Shown in pieces: positions 48,668-58,887 of a stretch of DNA of 64,000 bases. The notes beneath the pieces are model-generated. The model made no database searches. It was not told the origin of the DNA and saw nothing but the letters and a program-made list of their open reading frames with translations. Within the stretch, counting starts at the first letter, position 1; every line of letters begins with the position of its first letter. The stretch comes from a virus (Duplodnaviria > Caudoviricetes): positions 32,001-96,000 of the IMG/VR virus record IMGVR_UViG_3300023170_004399. One strand, written 5' to 3'. The position numbers were made by a program, and so were the translations under genes.

Positions 48668-50245
48668 ATGAAAAATAATAAAAACATACTAGGGTTTTAT
48701 GGCTCACATGATGCATCAGTAACCTATCTAGACAAAAAAGGAAAAATAAGAATTCTAGAGTTTGAGAGATTTTCTAAAAAAAGATACGCAATGTATTCAG
48801 ATAGGTTTGACCACAGGACAATTGGTACGAATAATGAAACAAGATCAGCTTTTTTAAACTACGTGTCCCAAGATATAAAGACTACTGATGATTTAGTTAT
48901 TGCTTATAATGAGCTTTCTGAAACTGATATTGCTTTTATAAAAAAACATTTTGAAAAAGCAAAATTTATACAATGCAACCATCATCAAGCGCATGCTTAC
49001 TGTGCATATTACCAGTCCCCTTATAAAACAGCACATGTTATATCTTTGGATGGAGGAGGTCTAGATAATGGTGCAGTTTCAATGTCAAAAGTTTTTTATG
49101 CTGACAAAGATAAAGTAGAAGAAATTTTTGACCCAAAGATAGATTTAGGTAATCCATATGCAAAGTTAGGTTACGTAATATCTGAAATAAATCATGGTTA
49201 TGACGGTCAAAAAATGTCACTTGCATATGCTGGTAAAATAATGGGTTTATGTGCATATGGTAATGCAAGAATGGAATGGCTTAAACCAATGCAAAAGTAC
49301 TATAAGCACAAATCTTTGGATAAACTCGCAAAAGATATCGGCTTAATTTTGGGTCAAAATAGCTTAAGTGGACAAGTTGGTTTTGATTTAGCAGCGACCA
49401 GTCAACACGTTTTTGAAGATATAGCTTTTAATTTAGTTAAAAACGTTTTTGATAAGAAAAATGATAATATTATTTTAACCGGTGGTTGTGCACTCAATGT
49501 TTTATTTAATCAAAAATTAAAGCTTTTTTTAAAAAATACTGATTACGATCTTTTCGTGCCACCTAATCCAAACGACTGTGGGCTTTCTTTTGGTCAGTAT
49601 TGCATGTTTAACAATGTAAAGCATAATGACATATTATATAATGGTTTCCCCGTATTAGATTTACAAAAATTAGACGCTGTTGTCAAGAATTACAATGCAA
49701 AAAAAATAAAAACTAGTGACATTGTAGACTTGTTATCGCAGGGAAAAATAATTGGTTTAGTTTATGGTGATTCTGAAGTAGGACCTCGTGCGCTAGGAAA
49801 TAGAAGCATTATTTGTGATCCTAGTTTTAAAAACATGAAAGATGTTTTAAATCTTAAGGTTAAATTTAGAGAGTGGTTCCGTCCATTTGCCCCAGTTTCT
49901 CTTTTAGAAGACGCACCAGTTTTTTTTGATGATGCTTTTGAATCACCGTATATGAGTTATGCCCCAAAAGTAAAGGAAGAATATCAAAATATTTTAAAAG
50001 CTATTACACATGTAGATGGAACGTCAAGACTGCAAACAGTTACAAAAGGGCAACACAAGCTTTTTTATGACATTTTAGTTTGCATGAAAAAAAATAAAAA
50101 AACACCAGTACTGTTAAATACTTCATTTAATATTAAAGGTTATCCTATACTGACAACAATTGAAGATGCGCTGTATGTTTTAAATAACACTGAGCTTGAC
50201 CATGTTATAATTCAAGGCTACTTGTTTTCGAAAAAAGGTTTATGA
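48668..50245 (+). CDS. O-carbamoyltransferase (NodU/CmcH/TobZ family)
   Basis: HDAS, EFERF, HHQAHA, DGGG, AGKIMGL, GGCALN, EVGPRALGNRS, REWFRPFAP and LLNTSFN. Confidence 0.92.
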   Translation: MKNNKNILGFYGSHDASVTYLDKKGKIRILEFERFSKKRYAMYSDRFDHRTIGTNNETRSAFLNYVSQDIKTTDDLVIAYNELSETDIAFIKKHFEKAKFIQCNHHQAHAYCAYYQSPYKTAHVISLDGGGLDNGAVSMSKVFYADKDKVEEIFDPKIDLGNPYAKLGYVISEINHGYDGQKMSLAYAGKIMGLCAYGNARMEWLKPMQKYYKHKSLDKLAKDIGLILGQNSLSGQVGFDLAATSQHVFEDIAFNLVKNVFDKKNDNIILTGGCALNVLFNQKLKLFLKNTDYDLFVPPNPNDCGLSFGQYCMFNNVKHNDILYNGFPVLDLQKLDAVVKNYNAKKIKTSDIVDLLSQGKIIGLVYGDSEVGPRALGNRSIICDPSFKNMKDVLNLKVKFREWFRPFAPVSLLEDAPVFFDDAFESPYMSYAPKVKEEYQNILKAITHVDGTSRLQTVTKGQHKLFYDILVCMKKNKKTPVLLNTSFNIKGYPILTTIEDALYVLNNTELDHVIIQGYLFSKKGL

Positions 50246-51084
50246 TGAAATATGTTATAACAGCAAAAGGATTATTAGATGTCAATACTGGCAATGGTTC
50301 GTTTTCCGGCGGAACACCAGTTTCTCAAACAGAGTGCGCGACAGAACTTATAATTACAAGATTAGAAGCTATTAATTTATTTAAACAAGGCTTGATAAAC
50401 AGTGACACATGTGTTGTAACATTACCGGAAAGAAGATTTTTATATGAGAATATTTTTACTAAAACAGAGGTGTATAACCCAAGTAAAGTTTATAAAGATT
50501 GCATTGATTTAGTTTCAAATGAAAGTATAGAGAGATTGTGTAAAAAATTGCCTTATAAACCTTTTTACAAATATTTTGACCGTGACAAAAAAGAGATATT
50601 AGATATACCACTTAACAAATCAATACTAAATATGGAGTGTGATCAATTTCTTATTTGTATTCCTAGACTAAAAAACTCAGACACTAGAAGAAATTTAGAA
50701 CAGAATTATTGGGAAAATTTTATAAAAAAAGCTAGTAAAATATATAGTAAAGTATGTGTTTTTGGGAAAGGCAATCAAAATTTAGATAATGGTAAAAATA
50801 TTGTTTATATTGATACACTAAAAGATTATTGTAGTTATTTGCACCACCCAAATTGTGCGCATGTTGTTAGTACAATATCAGGACCATGTCATTATGCGCA
50901 ATCATTTTCAAATACGGGTGGAAAAACTTTGTTAACAATGATTGATAATTATAATTTAATAGAAAAGCATGGAGATGATCCTTCTTACTTTCACCCATGT
51001 ATCAACTTTACAAATATTAAAATTAACTTTATTAAAAAAGTGCCAACAGTTGATGAGCTATTGGAAACACTGGAGGAAAAATGA
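50242..51084 (+). CDS. Hypothetical protein, possibly GT9-like glycosyltransferase
   Basis: RRNLEQNYWENFI and VVSTISGPCHYA resemble GT9 motifs; adjacent to a DUF4254-like gene. Confidence 0.4.
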   Translation: MMKYVITAKGLLDVNTGNGSFSGGTPVSQTECATELIITRLEAINLFKQGLINSDTCVVTLPERRFLYENIFTKTEVYNPSKVYKDCIDLVSNESIERLCKKLPYKPFYKYFDRDKKEILDIPLNKSILNMECDQFLICIPRLKNSDTRRNLEQNYWENFIKKASKIYSKVCVFGKGNQNLDNGKNIVYIDTLKDYCSYLHHPNCAHVVSTISGPCHYAQSFSNTGGKTLLTMIDNYNLIEKHGDDPSYFHPCINFTNIKINFIKKVPTVDELLETLEEK

Positions 51085-51431
51085 TAGGTAAAAAATTAGA
51101 CAAATATATTGAGGAAAAAGTTGCTGAAGTGCTTAATAAAACAAAATTTCCGGAATATGATAATATACATAGTGATTCTTTTTCTGAATTGATAGATAAA
51201 CTAATAATTGTGCACACCAGGCTTTGGTATCTTGAAGATGCTTTAAATGTTGAAACTGACCCACATAAAATTGCTGAGTTAAAAAGAAAAGCAGATGTTA
51301 CATTTAAAGAAAAAAGACCTATGTTGGTCAAAGCAATCGATAAAACAATCACAAATATGTGCAATGGAAAATATAATCCAACAGTTGAAAATATAAAAGC
51401 TTATAAAGGTTATAAAAAAGAAAATGAATAA
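51081..51431 (+). CDS. DUF4254-like helical protein
   Basis: LWYLED..KIAELKRKAD..R..LVKAID. Confidence 0.45.
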   Translation: MIGKKLDKYIEEKVAEVLNKTKFPEYDNIHSDSFSELIDKLIIVHTRLWYLEDALNVETDPHKIAELKRKADVTFKEKRPMLVKAIDKTITNMCNGKYNPTVENIKAYKGYKKENE

Positions 51432-52383
51432 AGATGATAAAATTTTAGTTGCTGGTCATAGAGGATTTGTAGGAAGTAATTTAGCTAAGCACTTAAAAAA
51501 TCTAGGTTATACAAATATTAGTGGTTACACTAGAAAACAAGTAGATCTATCTAACGTACATGAAACTAACTCTCTTTTTAAATCACAAAATTTTGATTAT
51601 GTTTTTATGTGCGCAGCAAAATGTGGCGGATTACAAGCAAATTTAGATGACCCATATAGTTTTTTGTACGATAATTTAGTCGTACAAAATAATTTAATAC
51701 ATGCATCAATAGAAAACCATGTTAAAAAAGTACTGTTTTTAGGTTCAAGTTGCATTTATCCAACAAATTATAAGCAACCACTAAAAGAAGAATACATATT
51801 ACAGGGTCCAGTTGAACCAACAAATGAAGGCTACTCAATTGCTAAAATAGCAGGGCTTAAACTTTGTGAATATGCTAACAGCCTGCTAGGACAAACTCAT
51901 GGCGGCATAAAACATACGACCAAGTTTATTTCACTAATGCCTTGTAATTTATATGGGCCAGGCGACGATTTTGATCTTAGAAATTCACACGTAATGGCAG
52001 CATTAATCAGGAAATTTGTTGAAGCAAAAAAAACAAATGCAAATCACGTAAAAATATGGGGAACTGGTAAAGCCAGGCGTGAATTTTTATACATTGATGA
52101 TTTGTCAAGTTGTATGGTGTGGGCTATGACAAATATTGAAAAGACTAAAACATTTTTAAATGTAGGTACTGGCTGTGACATAAGCATAATAGAATTAGCA
52201 AAAATGATAGCAGAAATAGTAGATTTTAATGGTGACATAGTTTTGCAAAAAGAAAAACCAGAAGGCATGATGAGAAAGTGTTTGGATGTTGAAAAAATAC
52301 AAAAACTTGGTTGGCGACATCAGGTTCTACTGCAAGATGGTGTCAACAAAACAGTAAAATATTATATTGATAATTATTCGTGA
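51424..52383 (+). CDS. fcl: GDP-L-fucose synthase family reductase (Fcl/WcaG; could be ColC)
   Basis: AGHRGFVGS, AAKCGGLQAN, FLGSSCIYP, EPTNEGYSIAK, PCNLYGP and GTGKARREFLY. Confidence 0.9.
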   Translation: MNKDDKILVAGHRGFVGSNLAKHLKNLGYTNISGYTRKQVDLSNVHETNSLFKSQNFDYVFMCAAKCGGLQANLDDPYSFLYDNLVVQNNLIHASIENHVKKVLFLGSSCIYPTNYKQPLKEEYILQGPVEPTNEGYSIAKIAGLKLCEYANSLLGQTHGGIKHTTKFISLMPCNLYGPGDDFDLRNSHVMAALIRKFVEAKKTNANHVKIWGTGKARREFLYIDDLSSCMVWAMTNIEKTKTFLNVGTGCDISIIELAKMIAEIVDFNGDIVLQKEKPEGMMRKCLDVEKIQKLGWRHQVLLQDGVNKTVKYYIDNYS

Positions 52384-52390
52384 GTTTCAT

Positions 52391-53218
52391 ATGAATTCTA
52401 AAAAGCCATTAAATATAAATCTCTATGGGGGTGATTTTAGTCACCAATCTTGTAGTACATTAAATCAAGTATCAAAAACTATATCATGGAACATAACGTC
52501 TTATGATAGTAATATAAGTTTTTATGCTGATAAAAAAATAGATAAGTTATTAAGTGATAAAAAAAGTGATGTAGTTTTTGGCTGGCTTCTAGAAGCTAGT
52601 TGTTTAATAAAAAAACAAGTCAGGTATTGCATAAATAATCATAACGCGTTAAAAAAGAAAGCCAAGTTTATTTTTACACATTGTTCAGAACTTTTAAATC
52701 TAGATCCAGATTTTTACAAATTTGCACCGACAGATGGCACATGGATAAAAAAACCAAAAATACATGATAAAACTAAAGCAATATCTTTTATCACTAGTAA
52801 TAAATCATACACAGTCGGACATAAAAAAAGATTACATTACTTAAATAAGTTTCGTTCACACGTCGACCTGTATGGAAGGGGTTTTTTTGAAATAGAAGAA
52901 AAAGAGTATGGCCTTAATGATTACATGTTTTCAATATGCATTGAAAACGATTTTGACAATTTGTTTTTTACAGAGAAAATTTTAGATTGTTTTGCAACCG
53001 GTACTATACCAATATATTTAGGGGCGAAAGACATTGGTAAATATTTTGCTACTGATGGTATTATTTTTTTAGATGAAAATACTGACGTCACCTTGCTGAA
53101 TAAAAATTTGTATCTAAGTAAACTTGATGCTATTAATTATAATTATAAAAAAGTAGTAAATGAATTTATGAATTCTGAAGACTTTATATATCACAACTAT
53201 TTACAAAATATTTTGTAA
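52391..53218 (+). CDS. GT10 family glycosyltransferase
   Basis: YMFSICIEND..FFTEKILDCFATGTIPIYLGA; start uncertain (52367 or 52391). Confidence 0.8.
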   Translation: MNSKKPLNINLYGGDFSHQSCSTLNQVSKTISWNITSYDSNISFYADKKIDKLLSDKKSDVVFGWLLEASCLIKKQVRYCINNHNALKKKAKFIFTHCSELLNLDPDFYKFAPTDGTWIKKPKIHDKTKAISFITSNKSYTVGHKKRLHYLNKFRSHVDLYGRGFFEIEEKEYGLNDYMFSICIENDFDNLFFTEKILDCFATGTIPIYLGAKDIGKYFATDGIIFLDENTDVTLLNKNLYLSKLDAINYNYKKVVNEFMNSEDFIYHNYLQNIL

Positions 53219-53239
53219 GAATTTTAGGATACTGTTATT

Positions 53240-54052
53240 ATGCTTTGTAGCATTGAAAAATTAATAAATAAAGAATTAAATAAAGATTGTTATGTTCTAG
53301 GTTTAGGACCATCATTAAAAAATAGTTTAGATTTTTTAAAAACTATTGACAGAGAGAAAACTGTTATTATTTCATGTAATCACATTGATGCAATGACGGA
53401 TATTGTGCCAGATTACTGGGTGATTGCTAACAATTTACCTGAATTTAATATTGAACAAAACTATAAAAAGTATAACAAATTTAGAAATACAAAATTGGTA
53501 TATTGTTATAGAGCTTGTAATGCTAGTTATAGAAAAAAATACGTATATCTGAAGCATGACAAATTTTATGATCAAAATCATTTACAGCATGATTTAAACT
53601 TAGTGTCTTGCGATTTTGTCCCCTTTTCCGATTGTCTTTTTTGTCCTCCGGAGTTAAAAAAAATAAATATTAGCGCATGTAAAAGGACACTAAATGAAGT
53701 ATACTGTGATTACATTGGACAAAGTGACTATATGTATTATCACAAAAACGGTGGAAGATGTCATACTGTCGCAACACATATGTTAAAGTTAGCTATAATA
53801 CTTGGCTGCAAGAATATAAATATATCCGGAGTAGATTTAGATTACAGCAAAGGGTATGTTAACAACAGTCCAAAAAATGGTGTTAAACCTAGGAAAAAAT
53901 TGGGTTTAACCCTTATGAAGGCCAAAGGGAGAGATGAAACTATAAAATACATCAAGTTAATTAAAGATGATAGCAAAAAAGTCGGTGTTAAGCTGTATTC
54001 TCTAATAGAAAATGGCAATATAAATTCTGTTCTAGAATATAAAAAAACTTAA
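53240..54052 (+). CDS. DUF115/MptE-like (Maf-type) protein
   Basis: VLGLGPSL, ISCN and HMLKLAIILGCKNINISGVDL. Confidence 0.6.
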   Translation: MLCSIEKLINKELNKDCYVLGLGPSLKNSLDFLKTIDREKTVIISCNHIDAMTDIVPDYWVIANNLPEFNIEQNYKKYNKFRNTKLVYCYRACNASYRKKYVYLKHDKFYDQNHLQHDLNLVSCDFVPFSDCLFCPPELKKINISACKRTLNEVYCDYIGQSDYMYYHKNGGRCHTVATHMLKLAIILGCKNINISGVDLDYSKGYVNNSPKNGVKPRKKLGLTLMKAKGRDETIKYIKLIKDDSKKVGVKLYSLIENGNINSVLEYKKT

Positions 54053-54110
54053 GAATAATTTAAACATGTTTAAGTCTAATAGTATTATATTATAAAAATT
54101 AGAGGTAAAT

Positions 54111-54689
54111 ATGCACATAGATTTTGAAAATATCGAAAATAAATTAGCGTCAAGTATCGACAGCGATGAATATAAAAATTTAGTTGATAAAATTAAAAAA
54201 GTTGATAGAATTTACTTGCTAGGAAATGGTGGTTTGCATTTTGTCGCAGGACACATGTCAACAGATTTAACCAGGTTAATTAAAAACAAAGTAGCTTATT
54301 CATTTGATTCGGTTGGCTTTGTTACTAGTAATGCTAATGATCATGGTTTTGAAAATCTATTTGTTAGATGGTTAGAAACAACGTCTTCTGTTGATTCACC
54401 CGAGAAATGTTTAGTAATAGGCATGTCATGTTCAGGAAACTCTACTAATGTTGTTAATGCACTAGACTGGGCTGAAAAAAATAATTATAAGACTTTTCTA
54501 ATAAGCGGCCAAAAATCACAAAATTTAAGTGCCGGTATCGATGAACTTACTTTTAATTGTAAATATTTTCACACTGTTGAGGTTTTGTGTATGATGTTGT
54601 TTTATGATGTTGTTCATGCTGTCGGCAGTTTGTGTCCATCGATAAATGAAGAAAAGAAAAGATTAGTTAACTCATCTTTGCGAGGTTAA
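54111..54689 (+). CDS. SIS-domain sugar-phosphate isomerase, GmhA-like but divergent
   Basis: LLGNGG..AGHMSTDL, ANDHGFENLF and GMSCSGNSTNVV. Confidence 0.75.
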   Translation: MHIDFENIENKLASSIDSDEYKNLVDKIKKVDRIYLLGNGGLHFVAGHMSTDLTRLIKNKVAYSFDSVGFVTSNANDHGFENLFVRWLETTSSVDSPEKCLVIGMSCSGNSTNVVNALDWAEKNNYKTFLISGQKSQNLSAGIDELTFNCKYFHTVEVLCMMLFYDVVHAVGSLCPSINEEKKRLVNSSLRG

Positions 54690-54690
54690 T

Positions 54691-55077
54691 ATGATACCAA
54701 GATTGCATTCATTTGATGATGAAACTAAACAAATAGGTATAGATTTTGACGGCGTTATTCATGCAAACTCTAAAGGTTTTTTTGATGGCACCGTTTATGA
54801 TGTACCTGTTCCAGGTTCTATAGAAGCAATTAAAAAAATATCTAAAAAATATGACATTGTAGTTTTTAGCGCAAAAGCGAGAACAGATAGAATGTTAATA
54901 AATGGTAAGACTGGTGTAGAACTCATTAAGGATTGGTTGCAAAAACACGGCATATTAAAATATGTAAAAGAAGTAACAGCAGAAAAGCCTCGTGCTGTTG
55001 CTTACATTGATGACAAAGCGATAAGATTTACCACATGGGAAAATGTGTTTGACAATATGGATGATTTAGGAATATGA
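54691..55077 (+). CDS. Small HAD-superfamily phosphatase
   Basis: GIDFDGVI and YIDDKA. Confidence 0.75.
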   Translation: MIPRLHSFDDETKQIGIDFDGVIHANSKGFFDGTVYDVPVPGSIEAIKKISKKYDIVVFSAKARTDRMLINGKTGVELIKDWLQKHGILKYVKEVTAEKPRAVAYIDDKAIRFTTWENVFDNMDDLGI

Positions 55078-56264
55078 AAATAGTTGCAATAGTACCAGCG
55101 CTATCTGGTGGGCAAAGGTTACCAAATAAAAACCTTTTATTGGTCGATGGTGAACCAATGATAAGTTATGTACTTTCCGCTTTAACAAAAACAACTGCCA
55201 TAAACGATGTGTTTGTAAGTACTGATATTCCGGAAATTAAAAACTTCGTAAATTTAAATTTTAAAGAAGTAAAGTGCGTTGATAGATTATCAAACTATGG
55301 TGGGACTAGCTGCAAGATGAAAAATGCATCTGCAGATTGCAATGGAAAAAGATGTCAGGTACACGATCACTACCTCTATGATTTTATTAATAATGTTGAT
55401 GCTGACATATTAATACAAGTGCATACCACATCACCACTTTTAAAAGCTTCAACCATTAATTCTTTTGTACAAAAAATGTTAGATGAAGATTTAGATTCTT
55501 GCTTTGCAGTTAACAACCACCAAAAAGAGTGTTTGCTTTCTTCCGCACCTATCAATTTTTCTTTAAAAAAGAAGACTCCAACACAAGATTTAAAAGTTGT
55601 TTCAGAGATAGCTTGGGCAATTTCCGGATGGAAAATTACATCATTTAGAGACGCTTATGAAAAAAATCAAAGTCCATCGTTTGTTGGCAAAATTGGTTGG
55701 CACCCAATAAACAAGCTGGAAGCTATAGACGTTGACGACTGGGAAGATTTATACATTGCTGAAGCTTGTTTATCACATGCAAAACGTATTGAAAATGTCG
55801 GACAAAAAAAATTAACAATCGAAACAACTAGCATAGAACGAGAATTAAAAGATTTAATTGAGAAAGATGGTTGTACACAATCTGAAAAAGTAACATATAA
55901 TCAAATTCTAAACAATATATATATTGCTAAAAATGAAATGGGCACCGGGTCATGGTGTTACCCAGTCATTATCACGGACAATGATCAAGCGTGTTTTATC
56001 CAACAAGTACCGGGTGAAGGCTGTAGATGGCACAATCACCCAACTAAAGATGAGTTCTGGATTGTTATGGATGGTAAATTTGCATTTGAAATAGACGGGT
56101 TTGAACCGGTTATTGCAAAAAAAGGCGATGTTGTTTATGCAAAAAAAGGAATAAATCACAGAATTACATGTGTTGGCGATAAACCAGGTATAAGATTAGC
56201 TTGTGGAGAGAGAAATTTTGCTCACATATATGAAAACAATGAGCCACCTAAGAGATTTAAATGA
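55074..56264 (+). CDS. Acylneuraminate/Kdo-type cytidylyltransferase fused to a C-terminal cupin
   Basis: IVPALSGGQRLPNKNLL, VSTD, TSPLL and IDVDDWEDL; cupin HNHPTKDEFWIV..INHRI. Confidence 0.8.
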   Translation: MKIVAIVPALSGGQRLPNKNLLLVDGEPMISYVLSALTKTTAINDVFVSTDIPEIKNFVNLNFKEVKCVDRLSNYGGTSCKMKNASADCNGKRCQVHDHYLYDFINNVDADILIQVHTTSPLLKASTINSFVQKMLDEDLDSCFAVNNHQKECLLSSAPINFSLKKKTPTQDLKVVSEIAWAISGWKITSFRDAYEKNQSPSFVGKIGWHPINKLEAIDVDDWEDLYIAEACLSHAKRIENVGQKKLTIETTSIERELKDLIEKDGCTQSEKVTYNQILNNIYIAKNEMGTGSWCYPVIITDNDQACFIQQVPGEGCRWHNHPTKDEFWIVMDGKFAFEIDGFEPVIAKKGDVVYAKKGINHRITCVGDKPGIRLACGERNFAHIYENNEPPKRFK

Positions 56265-56926
56265 ATTTAATAATGCTTGGACATACTGGCTCAATTGGTC
56301 ATTACATTTTTAATAAATATAAAAATCAAGGTTTCAATATCACTGGTTACTCGAGTAAAGATTTTAATGCGGAATCTGATAGTGACGTAAAAAATATTGC
56401 CGAAAAAATACGTAATACTAAAAAAATCGACGGTTTTATAAATTGTATGGGTGTTGTCGATTTACCTGAGTATAAAAATGTGGTTTCTTTTAACAAACTT
56501 TTAAACATTAATTTAAAAGCTGCATTTGCTTTAAGCGTAGCCGCAGCTGAAAATATGAAAAGCCACAAAAGTGGTTCAATCATAAACATTGGTTCAATTG
56601 CATCAAATAATGTGAGAATTGGCCGGGTAGGTTATACTGCTACAAAAGCTGGTCTTGAGGGACTAACTAGAGCTTTGGCAATAGAATATGCACAATATAA
56701 TATTAAAATAAATTGTGTTGCCCCTGGACCTACTGAAACTGATTTGTTAAGAAATACCTTAAGTAAAAAAGATTTTAAAAATTTAATAACACTAATGCCA
56801 ATGCAAAATTTAGTACAACCTAATGATATTTACACTACAGTTGATTTTATTCTAACAAAAAATAACTGTATAACTGGCCAAACAATTGTGGTTGATGGTG
56901 GATTAAGTATCAAATCTAATTTTTAA
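56261..56926 (+). CDS. Short-chain dehydrogenase/reductase
   Basis: GHTGSIG, IINIGS, YTATK (YxxxK), NCVAPG and VDGG. Confidence 0.85.
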   Translation: MNLIMLGHTGSIGHYIFNKYKNQGFNITGYSSKDFNAESDSDVKNIAEKIRNTKKIDGFINCMGVVDLPEYKNVVSFNKLLNINLKAAFALSVAAAENMKSHKSGSIINIGSIASNNVRIGRVGYTATKAGLEGLTRALAIEYAQYNIKINCVAPGPTETDLLRNTLSKKDFKNLITLMPMQNLVQPNDIYTTVDFILTKNNCITGQTIVVDGGLSIKSNF

Positions 56927-56937
56927 TAAAGGAAAAT

Positions 56938-57726
56938 ATGATATCAGTTAACTTAATGGGTCGTTTTGGAAATCAGCTTTTTCAAATTGCCACTGCAGAA
57001 TCATTGGCTATTGATAATGGTGCATCGACAGTCTATTTTAACACTGTTGCTGGTACAACCCCTAAGCTGCATGAAACAATGTTATATATGAATACTTATT
57101 ACAACAAAATAAATTTTTTACCACATAACCTAATAAAATCTTTTAAATTTAATGTGTGCAGTGAGAAAGAATTCGCATTTAATCCAATTCGATACAGCCC
57201 AAATATGCTGCTAAATGGATATTTCCAATCAGAAAAATATTTTTTTCACAATGGTCATTTGATTAAAAAATTATTAAGCATGCCCGACAAGCAAATTAAA
57301 GTTATAAAACAGTTGCACCCGGATTTATTTGCGACAAACTTAAATGATTATGCTTGTGTACATGTACGCCGCGGCGATTATGTAAATTTGTCTAATGTAC
57401 ATACGAATCTAGCAGAGGATACTAATTATTACATTGATGCAATGCGTGAATTCGAGAATAAAAAATTTATTTTTTTCTCCGATGATATTTCTTGGTGTGC
57501 TAATTATTTTGGTAAAGAGCATACGTATTTTACTAGTGCATGTGACATATATGATTTTTACATAATGGGTTTGTTTAATAATGTTATAATGAGTAATTCA
57601 ACCTATTCATGGTGGTCTACTTGGTTGTATGAAAAAGATGACAAAAAAATAATAGCACCAAAAAAATGGTTCTCTAATAATATAAATTCAAATGATTTAA
57701 TACCTAACAGGTGGAGTTTAGTATGA
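56938..57726 (+). CDS. GT11 family alpha-1,2-fucosyl/colitosyltransferase
   Basis: GRFGNQLFQ, GYFQSEKYF, HVRRGDY, FSDD and SNSTYSWW. Confidence 0.9.
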   Translation: MISVNLMGRFGNQLFQIATAESLAIDNGASTVYFNTVAGTTPKLHETMLYMNTYYNKINFLPHNLIKSFKFNVCSEKEFAFNPIRYSPNMLLNGYFQSEKYFFHNGHLIKKLLSMPDKQIKVIKQLHPDLFATNLNDYACVHVRRGDYVNLSNVHTNLAEDTNYYIDAMREFENKKFIFFSDDISWCANYFGKEHTYFTSACDIYDFYIMGLFNNVIMSNSTYSWWSTWLYEKDDKKIIAPKKWFSNNINSNDLIPNRWSLV

Positions 57727-58874
57727 TAAAATTAGTACAAGATACTATTGACTACAGTGACATAGAATACTTAATTAGTTGGTTGAAAACAAACCCAAGA
57801 TTAACTAAAGGGCCAATAACTCAACAGTTTGAGAAAGAATGGGCATCTTTTCAGGGTGTTGGTTACACTACTTATGTTAACTCCGGTTCTTCTGCAATAC
57901 TTTTAATGTTATATGCACTAATAGTTGCAAAAAAAATAAAGCCCGGTGACAAAATAATTGTGCCGGCAATTTCTTGGGCAACAGATTTAGCACCAGTTAT
58001 ACAGTTAGGCCTTGTACCAATATTATGTGATTGCAATCTAGATGACTTATCAGTTGACCTAGATGCTTTGGAAAAACTATGTGCTGATGAAAAACCAAGT
58101 GCTTTGATATTAGTTTCAGTTTTAGGCCTAGTTCCTAAAATGGATAGTATTGTAGATATATGTCAAAAGTATAACGTTGTATTACTTGAAGATGTTTGTG
58201 AATCTTTGTATTCTCAGCACAAGGGGAAACAGCTTGGTAATTTTGGTTTAATGTCTTGTTTTTCATTATATTTTGGTCATCACATTTCTACGATTGAAGG
58301 TGGTATAATTTCTACAAACTGTGATGAAATGAATTGCATTTTAAAATCAATAAGAAATCATGGTTGGGACAGAGATCTAAACACAAACAAACAAAAAGCA
58401 TTACGAAAAGAACATAACGTATCTGACTTTGATGCTTTATATACTTTCTACTACCCGGGTTTCAATGTGCGTGCCACAGATTTGCAAGCATATTTAGGAC
58501 TAAAACAGCTAGGAAAAATAAAACCTTATTCAGAAAAGCGTGAGGAAAATTACAAGCATTACCAAAAATCCTTACCGGATTCTTTTTGGAAACCAGTCTA
58601 TAGAAAAAATACGTTTATATCTAGTTTTTGTTATCCTATCATACATGAAAAAAGGGACAAAATAGTTGCTAACTTATTAAAAAACAATGTCGAGTGTAGA
58701 CCGCTTATTTGTGGCACAATGGGTAGACAGCCAATGTATGTTTCAAGGTATGGTGTAAAAAAATTAAAAAATGCTGATTATGTTTCTAAATATGGTTTTT
58801 ATATACCTAATCATCAAAATTTAACTTTTAAAAATATTGATAATATAGTTAATATTATAACAGAAACAATTTAA
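57723..58874 (+). CDS. DegT/DnrJ family PLP enzyme of ColD type (GDP-4-keto-6-deoxymannose 3-dehydratase)
   Basis: VNSGSSA, VPAISW, LLEDVCES, RNHGW and CRPL. SLYFGHHISTIEGG has His at the Schiff-base Lys position, as in ColD (SFYSHHIATMEGG). Confidence 0.8.
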   Translation: MIKLVQDTIDYSDIEYLISWLKTNPRLTKGPITQQFEKEWASFQGVGYTTYVNSGSSAILLMLYALIVAKKIKPGDKIIVPAISWATDLAPVIQLGLVPILCDCNLDDLSVDLDALEKLCADEKPSALILVSVLGLVPKMDSIVDICQKYNVVLLEDVCESLYSQHKGKQLGNFGLMSCFSLYFGHHISTIEGGIISTNCDEMNCILKSIRNHGWDRDLNTNKQKALRKEHNVSDFDALYTFYYPGFNVRATDLQAYLGLKQLGKIKPYSEKREENYKHYQKSLPDSFWKPVYRKNTFISSFCYPIIHEKRDKIVANLLKNNVECRPLICGTMGRQPMYVSRYGVKKLKNADYVSKYGFYIPNHQNLTFKNIDNIVNIITETI

Positions 58875-58887
58875 ATAGGTAAACACA

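Noticed and set aside
54111-55077. Calling the SIS and HAD genes gmhA/gmhB of ADP-heptose synthesis
   Set aside because: Key GmhA residues differ, there is no heptose kinase or hldD, and the neighbours point to CMP activation.
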